Source: Myxococcota bacterium (lineage in GTDB: Bacteria; Myxococcota_A; Polyangia; Polyangiales; Ga0077539). From it: a stretch of DNA of 64,000 nt. The notes under the pieces were generated by a model that saw only the letters and a list, made by a program, of their open reading frames with translations, was not told the origin of the DNA and did not search any database. The stretch spans positions 1,597-65,596 of the forward strand of contig JBPOHC010000544.1 of assembly GCA_052035985.1 (NCBI GenBank). Direction: 5' to 3'. Numbering within the stretch: the first letter of the stretch is position 1; each line of letters starts with the position of its first letter. The position numbers were made by a program, and so were the translations under genes. Below are positions 24,046 to 31,774 of this stretch, one piece after another.

Positions 24046-24555
24046 TCAGCGCGTCGCGTCGGGGTCGCGCGACGACCCGTCGCCGAAGACCTCGATGCGG
24101 TGCGTCCGCACGCCGTCGCCAGCCCGCTCGACGCACTCCAACGACACGCGACCGCGAGGACGAGAGACCCCGTCGATCACGAGCGAGGTGTCATAGCCTG
24201 TCACCGCGACGCTGGCCTCGACGCCGTCGATGAGGTCGGCGCCGGGTTCGACGCGCGTCGAGGTCACGGCCGAGGAGGCTCCGCGAGAGACCGTTTCGAA
24301 GCGCACGCGCAGCGAGCCGCTCCCTGTCGTGAGGGGCCAGTCGACGGTGTGCGACGTGGGCCTCTCACGCGCGAGCGATGGGGGCGGTGGAAAGCGCGCG
24401 TCGACGTAGCGCCCCGTGACGAAGTCGGCGCCGTGGAGCGCGCGGTGCCGCGACACCACGGACGAAGCGCCCGCGACGACGGCCGCGACGCACGCGAAGA
24501 ACACGACGGGCGCGAGCCACGGTCGTTCGTTCGAGGTGGGAGCTTCGGAGGTCAC
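24046..24555 (-). CDS. hypothetical membrane-anchored protein (169 aa)
   Basis: Only the last 169 codons of track ORF 24046..25269 look like protein (GTG 24555: VTSEAPTSNERPWLAPVVFFACVAAVVAGASSVV TM anchor, then a beta-rich domain). Start is uncertain. Confidence 0.55.
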   Translation of the reverse strand: MTSEAPTSNERPWLAPVVFFACVAAVVAGASSVVSRHRALHGADFVTGRYVDARFPPPPSLARERPTSHTVDWPLTTGSGSLRVRFETVSRGASSAVTSTRVEPGADLIDGVEASVAVTGYDTSLVIDGVSRPRGRVSLECVERAGDGVRTHRIEVFGDGSSRDPDATR

Positions 24556-24607
24556 CGCTCGGCCGCGACGATACCGCGCGTCGCGCCGTGATAGAGTCGC
24601 CGTCGTC

Positions 24608-26158
24608 GTGCGAAGGTCGTTCGTGGTCGCGGTGTTGTGTGTGCTGCCCGGGTGCGTCGACGACGCGCGACCCCCGTCTGTCAGGGCTCCGACCGACGCG
24701 GCGCTGCCCGACATCGGAACGCTCAGCGATCGGTACATCGTCCCCGACATTCCCCCCATCGACCCGTGTCGCGCGGGGCCCTGCGGGGCCGTCGAGCTCT
24801 GCGGCCCGAGCACGGCCGACGGCGGATCGGGCTCGGGCAACGGCCTCGACGACAACTGCAACAACCAGGTCGACGAGGGCTGCCTCTGCGCGCCCGGCGA
24901 GATGCGAACGTGCTTCCCCGGCGCGGCTGATCGACGGGGCATCGGCGTCTGTCGCGACGGGACGATGCGCTGCACCGAGCTCGGCGCGTGGGTCGGCAAC
25001 GAGTGCATGGGCGCCACGCCCGCGAGCGCCGAGACCTGCGACGGCCGCGACGAAGACTGCGACGGCTCCATCGACGACGGGCTCACGGGCTGCGTCAACA
25101 CGCTGCGCTGCCCGCCGAGCGCGGGCGTCGCGCCGTTGCAGGTCTTCACGCTCGACGGCCGCACCATCGACCCCACAGCGCGCTCGTACCGATGGGAGCT
25201 CACGTGCCCCGACGGCGTCGATCCGTGCCCCGCGCCCACGGACCCCGCGGACCCCACGCTGCGAATCATGCCCGTGCGCTCGGGCCTCTACACCGTGGCG
25301 CTCTCGCTGATGCGCGCGAGCGGACGCGCGGACACGTGCCGCTTTCCGCTCTACGTGCAGGGCCGCGGGCTGCGCGTCGAGCTCGACTGGGATCGCAAGG
25401 GCGGCGTCGCCTCGTCGGGCGTCGACCTCGATCTTCACGTCGCGCCGATGGATCGCCGCGCGCCCTCGTCGTACCAGTGGTTCACGCAGAGCGACTGCTA
25501 CTTCGCGACCTGCAAGGCCCCCGGCGGAACCGTGGTCTGGAGCACGGGCCCGACAGACACCCGCTTCGCGCCCGCGACGTCGGCTGAAGCCTGTCAGAAC
25601 GCGCCCCCGCCCTTCGGTGACCTCTGGCGCACGAGCGGTCGCTGCTGGAACCCGCGCCTCGACACCGACGACATCACCTGCGATCCGAGCGTGCGAGACA
25701 CGGCCGACCCCGCGTTCTGCTTCACCGAGAACGCCACCGTCGACGATCCGCCCGACGAGGTCACCTTCAGGCTGATGGTGAACTACTACCGCGACCACGG
25801 GACCTGCACCGACGCCGACACGGCCAACAACGTCGTGCACCCCGTCCTGTCGATCTACTGCGGCGGCCTCGCGCGCGCCGCGGTGGGCAGCGTCGAAGAC
25901 GGCATCGTCTCGATGCGCTGCAACGACAATCCGGGCATCGGCAGCGTGAACTGGTCGTGGCTCGCGGCCGACGTGCGGGTGCTCACCAACGCGTGCGGCG
26001 TCCGCGATTGCAGGGTCACGCCGCTGCGCGACACGGGCTTCTTTCCGCGCTGCGGCGAGGAGGGCGACGGAGACGTGTGCCGCGACGAGCGCGGCCGCGT
26101 GTTCGTGCGCCGCGCCGTCTCTCGTGCGGTCGAGTCGGAGTTCGCTGAATCGCCTTGA
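24608..26158 (+). CDS. Cys-rich lipoprotein with CNxxDDxCDG-type motifs (516 aa)
   Basis: GTG 24608 gives MRRSFVVAVLCVLPGCVDD (lipobox). GNGLDDNCNNQVDEGC and ETCDGRDEDCDGSIDDG motifs. Large C-terminal Cys-containing domain of unknown family. Confidence 0.75.
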   Translation: MRRSFVVAVLCVLPGCVDDARPPSVRAPTDAALPDIGTLSDRYIVPDIPPIDPCRAGPCGAVELCGPSTADGGSGSGNGLDDNCNNQVDEGCLCAPGEMRTCFPGAADRRGIGVCRDGTMRCTELGAWVGNECMGATPASAETCDGRDEDCDGSIDDGLTGCVNTLRCPPSAGVAPLQVFTLDGRTIDPTARSYRWELTCPDGVDPCPAPTDPADPTLRIMPVRSGLYTVALSLMRASGRADTCRFPLYVQGRGLRVELDWDRKGGVASSGVDLDLHVAPMDRRAPSSYQWFTQSDCYFATCKAPGGTVVWSTGPTDTRFAPATSAEACQNAPPPFGDLWRTSGRCWNPRLDTDDITCDPSVRDTADPAFCFTENATVDDPPDEVTFRLMVNYYRDHGTCTDADTANNVVHPVLSIYCGGLARAAVGSVEDGIVSMRCNDNPGIGSVNWSWLAADVRVLTNACGVRDCRVTPLRDTGFFPRCGEEGDGDVCRDERGRVFVRRAVSRAVESEFAESP

Positions 26159-26164
26159 AGAGAG

Positions 26165-27238
26165 CTACTTGCGCTTGCGCAGCACGCGGTCGCTGCCGAG
26201 CTGGAGGCGGTCGCGCACGGCGAGGCGCTGACGCTCCTTGTAGCGCGCGTGGGAGGCCTCGCCCGACTCGTTGGCGAGCTCGGTGTCGTGGTCGACGAGC
26301 TGAAACTCCACGAGCACGAAGACCACGTGGCCGAGGCTCGCGGCGGCGGGCGGCGCGGCCGTGAGCACGCGCTCGGGCACGCGCACGGGCATGTCGACGA
26401 CGAAGTGGATCACCCGGTAGCTGCGCGCGCTGAACTTGTTGTCGACGGCGGCCGAGAGCGGGTCGTCGTGGACGTTGGTGAGCGGCGAGGCCAGGAGCTC
26501 CCCGATGCGGGGGTGGTCGGTGATGAACGCGCGCGGGTCGAGGAGCGTGTTGTAGCTCTCGTTGGGGATCGCGTAGGTGAACGGAAAGAGCTTGCGGGTG
26601 AGGTAGCTCAGCACCGGGAGGAGGTCCTCGGTGGTGCGCGTCACGATGCGGAAGCGGACCTTGTCGTAGATCTGCGCGGCGATGGTCTCGCTCTTCGAAA
26701 GCAGCTTCGTATAGAGCGAATCGCGGCCCTTGCGCCCGCCGAGGAACTCGGTGATGGGCAGGCCCTCCTCGAGCATCCCCCCGATGACGCGGTAGATCTT
26801 CTGCTCGACGAGCTGAAAGACCTCGGCGTCCGAGAGCGGGAGCACGTAGAGGAGCTCGCGGCCCTGGAGGTGATGGATGATGTGCATCACCTTCAAGATC
26901 ACGCAGGCGCAGACCTGCTTGTGGCCCTTCGACGAGGCCGTGAGCATGAGGTCCTCGACGCTCATCTCGGCCACGGGGCGCGGGATCGGGTATTCGAAGT
27001 TGCGCCGGAGGTAGGCGATCGCCTCGCCCTTGATGGCCTCCATGCGCACGCGGTCGGCGGGGCGGTCGGGGTTGAACTCCTGCACGCGCAGGAAGTCGTC
27101 GACGTCGTCGCGGCCCGTGAAATTCAGGCGCTTCCAGTCGATGACCGAGTCACCGCGGAGGATGTTCCAGATCGACTCGAGGTCGCCGAGCGAGAACTGG
27201 TCGATGGTGCGGAAGCCCGCCGCAGACTCGTTCGACAT
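26165..27238 (-). CDS. divergent RelA/SpoT-like (small-alarmone-synthetase fold) nucleotidyltransferase-domain protein (357 aa)
   Basis: Synthetase-like motif series in order: GGRKGRDSLYTKLLSK, IYDKVRFRIVT, ARSYRVIHFVVD, VLVEFQLVD...SHARYKERQ. A ~150-aa N-terminal extension of unknown function. Confidence 0.75.
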   Translation of the reverse strand: MSNESAAGFRTIDQFSLGDLESIWNILRGDSVIDWKRLNFTGRDDVDDFLRVQEFNPDRPADRVRMEAIKGEAIAYLRRNFEYPIPRPVAEMSVEDLMLTASSKGHKQVCACVILKVMHIIHHLQGRELLYVLPLSDAEVFQLVEQKIYRVIGGMLEEGLPITEFLGGRKGRDSLYTKLLSKSETIAAQIYDKVRFRIVTRTTEDLLPVLSYLTRKLFPFTYAIPNESYNTLLDPRAFITDHPRIGELLASPLTNVHDDPLSAAVDNKFSARSYRVIHFVVDMPVRVPERVLTAAPPAAASLGHVVFVLVEFQLVDHDTELANESGEASHARYKERQRLAVRDRLQLGSDRVLRKRK

Positions 27239-27315
27239 CGTTGGCCTCGACGGTAATCAACCCGCGAGGGGGAGGGGAAGCGGCGAGTGCGCCACTCCCG
27301 ACTCCGCGCTGGGGC

Positions 27316-27510
27316 TCACGTAGGCGTCGTCGACGAGGTCGCGCGCTTGCGGTCGGGAGGCGACGGACGCCGCCCGAGCTGGAGCGTCCCGAAGAAGAGG
27401 CAGCAGGTCATTCCGAGGGCCATCACGTTGCCCACCACCGCGTGCTCACATCCCATCAGCATCATCGGGAGGGAGGCCAGCAGCGCCACGTGAATCCTAG
27501 CTCGATCCAT
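27316..27510 (-). CDS. small two-TM membrane protein (64 aa), candidate
   Basis: ATG with a GAGGA SD 7 nt upstream. High GC3. Two hydrophobic helices (IHVALLASLPMMLMGC, AVVGNVMALGMTCCLFFGTL) and a basic tail. 77 nt upstream of, and co-directional with, the RelA/SpoT-like gene. Confidence 0.45.
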   Translation of the reverse strand: MDRARIHVALLASLPMMLMGCEHAVVGNVMALGMTCCLFFGTLQLGRRPSPPDRKRATSSTTPT

Positions 27511-27723
27511 TGTCTGTCCTCATCAACAGGTCATCGAGACCCCTGGAAAACAGGTCTCTACGTGTCTGTGCCTACATGTAAGGATATCGGACTACATCGA
27601 GGCGAGGCGGTCCACTTCTAGTCAATGGTCGACCCTTGACACAAGACAGAATCACCCTCCGAAGCGCGACCTCTGTCGGATTCTTGACTTGACAGTTCTG
27701 TTCGTGCGCACGAGCGCGCCCTC
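27511..27723. promoter_or_regulatory. low-GC divergent control region rich in TCTGT/ACAGA elements
   Basis: About 50% GC against ~72% background. TCTGT/ACAGA at 27513, 27565, 27646, 27672 and 27697, plus the ACAG-TT-CTGT palindrome 27692-27701. GACAGA(27645-50)/TCTGTC(27672-77) inverted repeat. Bulged hairpin 27536-27558. TACATGTA palindrome. TTGACA at 27636 and 27689. Confidence 0.4.
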
Positions 27724-28539
27724 ATGACTGAACCTCTGATCCTGGCGGTGGCGAACCAGAAGGGCGGCGTCGGCAAGACCACGACCGCGGTGAACCTCGC
27801 GGCGGGCCTCGCGAGGCGCGGCCTCAAGACCCTCCTCGTCGACCTCGACATCCAGGGCAGCGCGAGCGCCACGCTCGGCGTCACGCCCGCCGACGACGCC
27901 GTCGATGTGGCGAAGGTGCTCCTCGACGAGCGTCCCCTCGACGCGGCCGTGAACACCACGCGCATCGAGGGGCTGTGGGTCGCGCCCGCGGGTGAGCGCA
28001 TGGCCGTGGTCGACCTGCACCTCGCGTCGGCGTACGGCCGCGAGCGCGTCTTCGAACGCTCGCTCAAGGGGCCCCTCGTCGAGTCGATGGACGTCGTCGT
28101 GGTCGACACGGCGCCGTACCTCGGGCTCCTCACGGTGAACGCCCTCGTGGCCGCGCAGAAGGTGTTGATCCCCGTGTCGTGCGAGTACCTCCCGATGCTC
28201 GGGCTCAAGCTCCTCGGCGAGACGCTCCAGAAGCTCCGCGACCGCGCGGGCGCGAAGGCCGAGGTGCTCGGATACCTCCTCACCCTCGTCGACCGCAGGG
28301 AGCGCATCACGGGCGAGGTCGAGGAGCTCCTGCGCAAGCGCTTCGGCGCGCAGGTCTTCGAGACGGTCATTCGCGCCAACACGCAGCACAAGGCCGCGCC
28401 CTCGCACAAGAAGACCATCTTCGAACACGAGCCCGAGGGCGGCAAGGGCCGCGAAGACTACGAGGGCCTCACGCGCGAGGTCATCGCCCGCGCCGGCCTC
28501 ACCGCCGCGAAGAAGCCCGCGCGTCGCAAGCGCGCTTGA
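27724..28539 (+). CDS. ParA/Soj-family P-loop ATPase, orphan (271 aa)
   Basis: Deviant Walker A ANQKGGVGKTTT, LLVDLDIQGSAS. Basic C-terminal tail AAKKPARRKRA. No parB nearby. Confidence 0.9.
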   Translation: MTEPLILAVANQKGGVGKTTTAVNLAAGLARRGLKTLLVDLDIQGSASATLGVTPADDAVDVAKVLLDERPLDAAVNTTRIEGLWVAPAGERMAVVDLHLASAYGRERVFERSLKGPLVESMDVVVVDTAPYLGLLTVNALVAAQKVLIPVSCEYLPMLGLKLLGETLQKLRDRAGAKAEVLGYLLTLVDRRERITGEVEELLRKRFGAQVFETVIRANTQHKAAPSHKKTIFEHEPEGGKGREDYEGLTREVIARAGLTAAKKPARRKRA

Positions 28540-28577
28540 CGCTCCCGCGTCGGAGTGATGCCCTCACCACCCCTCCG

Positions 28578-30245
28578 ATGACCACCGCGCAGACCCCCTT
28601 CACGCTGAGCGACGCGCTCGTCGACGACCTCGCCGAGCTCCACCCCATCCTGGCGACCTTCATGGGCGTCGCCGGTCACGATCACCGGCTCGACGACCTC
28701 TCGCCCGAGGGCGCGCGCCGCGGCGCCGAGCACATGCGCGCGTGGCGTGAGCGCTTCGCGGCCCTGGCCCCGCAGACCGACCGATGGTCGAAGCTCGCCG
28801 CCACGGTGGCCCTCGACTGGATCGATCAGGAGCTCGACGCGTTCGAGCACGGCGACTACCAGTGCGACCTCAACAGCATCTCGTCGCCGATCCAGAACGT
28901 GCGCATGGTCTTCGACTCGATGGACCTCTCGTCGCCCGACGCGTGGGCCCGTGTGGCGAGCCGTTTCGAAGCGATTCCGGTGAGCTTCGAAGGCTACCGA
29001 CGCACGCTCGGGGAGGGACTCGCGACGGGGCGCCTCGTGGCTGCGCGGCAGATCCGCGAGGGCGCGAAGCAGGCGAGGGTCCACGGCGCCGACGGGTCGT
29101 TCTTCGATGAGGCGTCGGCGAAGTGCCGCGAGGCCGGTGGCGATGAAGCGACGGTGACGCGGCTCGCGTCCGCGGGCGCGCTCGCGAAGGCGGCGTACGT
29201 CGCGCTCGCAGACTGGCTCGAAGGCGAGTACCTGCCGCGCGCGAAGGCTGAAGACGGCGTCGGGCGTGATCGGTATCTGCGCGAGATGCGTCGCTTCATC
29301 GGCTCGACGCCGAACCCCGAGGAGACCTGCGCGTGGGGGTGGGACGAGGTCCGTCGCATCCGCGCGGAGATGGAGCGCCTCGCGGAGGTGATCGCGCCCG
29401 GCGCGGGCCTCGCCGCGGTGATGAAGCACATGGCGGAGGACCCCTCGCGCGCGTCGCCCGATCGCGAGAGCTTCATCGCGGTGATGCGGGATCGACAGGC
29501 GAAAGCCCTCGCGGAGCTCGATGGGAAGCACTTCGACATCCCCGACGAGATCCGCCGCATCGACGTGAAGATCGCGCCGCCGGGCGGGCCCCTCGGGGCC
29601 TACTACGTCTTTCCGTCGGAGGACTTCTCGCGCCCGGGGACGGTCTGGTACTCGCTGCACGGCGACGGCCCCTTCGCGCTCTGGGACGAGGTGAGCACCG
29701 CGTACCACGAGGGCTTCCCCGGCCATCACCTCCAGTGCGGGACGCAGGTGTCGCTCACGAAGAACCTCTCGCGCTTTCACCGCGTCGCGTACGGCTACTC
29801 GGGCTACGCCGAGGGGTGGGCGCTCTACGTCGAGCAGCTCATGCGCGAGCTCGGCTACTACGAGAAGCCCGAGTACGAGCTCGGCATGCTCGCCAACCAG
29901 ATGATGCGCGCGTGCCGCGTGGTCTTCGACATCGGGGCGCACCTCGGGCTCACGATCCCCGCGGACGCCCCGTTTCACCCGGGTGAGAAGTGGTCGTTCG
30001 ACCTCGGCGTCGAGATGATGTCGACGCTCGGCGGGCTCTCAACCGAGCACGCGAAGAGCGAGGTGACGCGCTACCTCGGATGGCCCGCGCAGGCCATCTC
30101 GTACAAGGTCGGCCAGCGCGTGATGCTCTCGCTGCGAGAGGAGTTCCTCGCGAGCCAGAGAGGCTCGCTCAAGGACTTTCACATGCGGGTGCTGTCGTGC
30201 GGGAACGTGAGCTTCGACATCCTGCGTGAGCAGGTCATGGGCTGA
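28578..30245 (+). CDS. DUF885 family protein (metallopeptidase-like, 555 aa)
   Basis: ATG 28578 inside track ORF 28179..30245. HEGFPGHH motif and GYAEGWALYVEQL, typical of DUF885. Confidence 0.85.
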   Translation: MTTAQTPFTLSDALVDDLAELHPILATFMGVAGHDHRLDDLSPEGARRGAEHMRAWRERFAALAPQTDRWSKLAATVALDWIDQELDAFEHGDYQCDLNSISSPIQNVRMVFDSMDLSSPDAWARVASRFEAIPVSFEGYRRTLGEGLATGRLVAARQIREGAKQARVHGADGSFFDEASAKCREAGGDEATVTRLASAGALAKAAYVALADWLEGEYLPRAKAEDGVGRDRYLREMRRFIGSTPNPEETCAWGWDEVRRIRAEMERLAEVIAPGAGLAAVMKHMAEDPSRASPDRESFIAVMRDRQAKALAELDGKHFDIPDEIRRIDVKIAPPGGPLGAYYVFPSEDFSRPGTVWYSLHGDGPFALWDEVSTAYHEGFPGHHLQCGTQVSLTKNLSRFHRVAYGYSGYAEGWALYVEQLMRELGYYEKPEYELGMLANQMMRACRVVFDIGAHLGLTIPADAPFHPGEKWSFDLGVEMMSTLGGLSTEHAKSEVTRYLGWPAQAISYKVGQRVMLSLREEFLASQRGSLKDFHMRVLSCGNVSFDILREQVMG

Positions 30246-30257
30246 GCGGCCGGAGCG

Positions 30258-30734
30258 TCACATCAGGCTGACGGTGACGCGCTCGTGGCGCGGGCGGCTC
30301 GCGGCCGAGGGGTCGCTCCACGCGTCGTAGACCGTGTCCATCACGCGCACGACCTGGTCGTACTGGACGGCCGCGTCGGGCTGGATCCACACGTCGCGCG
30401 TGGAGGGGTCGGCGCGGCGTCGCGCGTCGAGCTCGGCGCGCAGGGCGCGGAGGTCGGTGTCGAGGTGGCGCATGTCGAGGGCGTTGCGCCCGACGTCGAA
30501 GCCCGTGGGAGAGACCACCACGCGGAGCTGATCCTCGGCGGGCGCGGTGATGGGGTTGTCGGAGGGTTGCGTCCTCGGCTGCGTCGAGCGGATGGCGCCG
30601 GTCTGCGTCCACACGGCTGTCATCAGCAGGAACGCGATGGTCGACACGAGCAGGTCGATCATCGGGACCATGTTCACGTTCGCATCGATCGCGCGGCGTC
30701 CGCCGCTGCCAGTGTCAACGCTCACTCCAGCCAT
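30258..30734 (-). CDS. exbD: ExbD/TolR family biopolymer transport protein, orphan (158 aa)
   Basis: ATG 30734 with an AGGAGG SD 9 nt upstream. NVNMVPMIDLLVSTIAFLLM TM signature. Periplasmic domain ...DAAVQYDQVVRVMDTV. Confidence 0.8.
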   Translation of the reverse strand: MAGVSVDTGSGGRRAIDANVNMVPMIDLLVSTIAFLLMTAVWTQTGAIRSTQPRTQPSDNPITAPAEDQLRVVVSPTGFDVGRNALDMRHLDTDLRALRAELDARRRADPSTRDVWIQPDAAVQYDQVVRVMDTVYDAWSDPSAASRPRHERVTVSLM

Positions 30735-30852
30735 CGTTGTATCGCCTCCTGCGCGCGGGGAACCTGCGGCGCGCATAGGGCGACGACATCGGAAGGGCGA
30801 AGAGGTTCTGGCGAATGTGAGTGTCTGCGAAGATCGCGACGAGGGGGCGGCG

Positions 30853-31749
30853 CTACGTGGGGCGGAGGCGGTAGATCAGCGTGAGGATGAGCACCGTCCA
30901 CGCGACGAGCGTGAGGACGAAGGGCACGTCTTTGAGCATCGCGTCGGTGGGCGACTCGCCGCTCTCGGAGTCGAGCAGGCGAACGAAGCGGCCGATCGCG
31001 AGGAGCACCAGGGGGGTGGTGGTCCAGAGGTACTCCTTCGCGAACTCGAGCTCGAGCGGGGGGTGGCGCGTCCAGGCGAGGTAGATGGCCACGGTGGCGA
31101 GGGCGTTCGCCCAGAGGGTGATCTTGAGCGTGCCGAGGGTGTACGCCTTGAGCGAGTCGCGCGCCTTCGACGCGTTGACCCTGAGCTCGTGGTAGCGCTT
31201 TCCAAACCCGAGAAAGAGTGCCAGAAAGGCCGTGCAGCCCAGGAGATAGAGCGACGGGCTCACGGGGTGAAGCGGGGTCGAGACCGCGTAGCACCCCGCC
31301 ACCACGCGGAGCACGAAGCCCGCTGCGATCAAGACCACGTCGAGGTACGCGACTTGTTTGAAGCGGAACGGGCGCAGCGAGTAGGCGAGGTCCTTCAAGA
31401 GGTAGATGGCCGCCGCGGCCGCGACGCGCAGGTCGAGCCACGCCGCGCCCGCCAGCGACACGACGATGAACACCGTCGCCGCGATCTTCGCCGTGTGCAC
31501 CGGCACCTGCCCCGACGCGATGGGGCGGAACCTCTTGGTCGGATGATTCCGATCGTCGTCGGCGTCTACGATGTCATTGATCGTGTAGATCGCGCCGGCG
31601 AGCATCGAGAAGCACGCGAAGGCGAGCAGCGCCCGCAGCAGCACCTGCCCTTCGAAGAGGTCCTTCGTGAACACCACGGGCGCGAGCACGAAGAGGTTCT
31701 TCACCCACTGCTTCGGCCGCGCCGTCTTGAGAATGCCTGCCAGTACCAC
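30853..31749 (-). CDS. UbiA-family prenyltransferase, decaprenyl-phosphate phosphoribosyltransferase-like (298 aa)
   Basis: GTG start. ARPKQWVKNLFVLAP N-terminal signature, NDIVDADDDRNHPTKRFRPIASG (NDxxDxxxD), about 8 TM helices. Confidence 0.85.
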   Translation of the reverse strand: MVLAGILKTARPKQWVKNLFVLAPVVFTKDLFEGQVLLRALLAFACFSMLAGAIYTINDIVDADDDRNHPTKRFRPIASGQVPVHTAKIAATVFIVVSLAGAAWLDLRVAAAAAIYLLKDLAYSLRPFRFKQVAYLDVVLIAAGFVLRVVAGCYAVSTPLHPVSPSLYLLGCTAFLALFLGFGKRYHELRVNASKARDSLKAYTLGTLKITLWANALATVAIYLAWTRHPPLELEFAKEYLWTTTPLVLLAIGRFVRLLDSESGESPTDAMLKDVPFVLTLVAWTVLILTLIYRLRPT

Positions 31750-31774
31750 GGGTAGCGACGGAGACTATCCATCG

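Noticed and set aside
27724-28539. ParA taken as evidence of an integrated plasmid or mobile element
   Set aside because: There is no parB, replication initiator, relaxase, integrase, transposase or flanking direct repeats. Neighbouring genes have the same GC and codon bias as the rest of the window. Only the intergenic region is low in GC.
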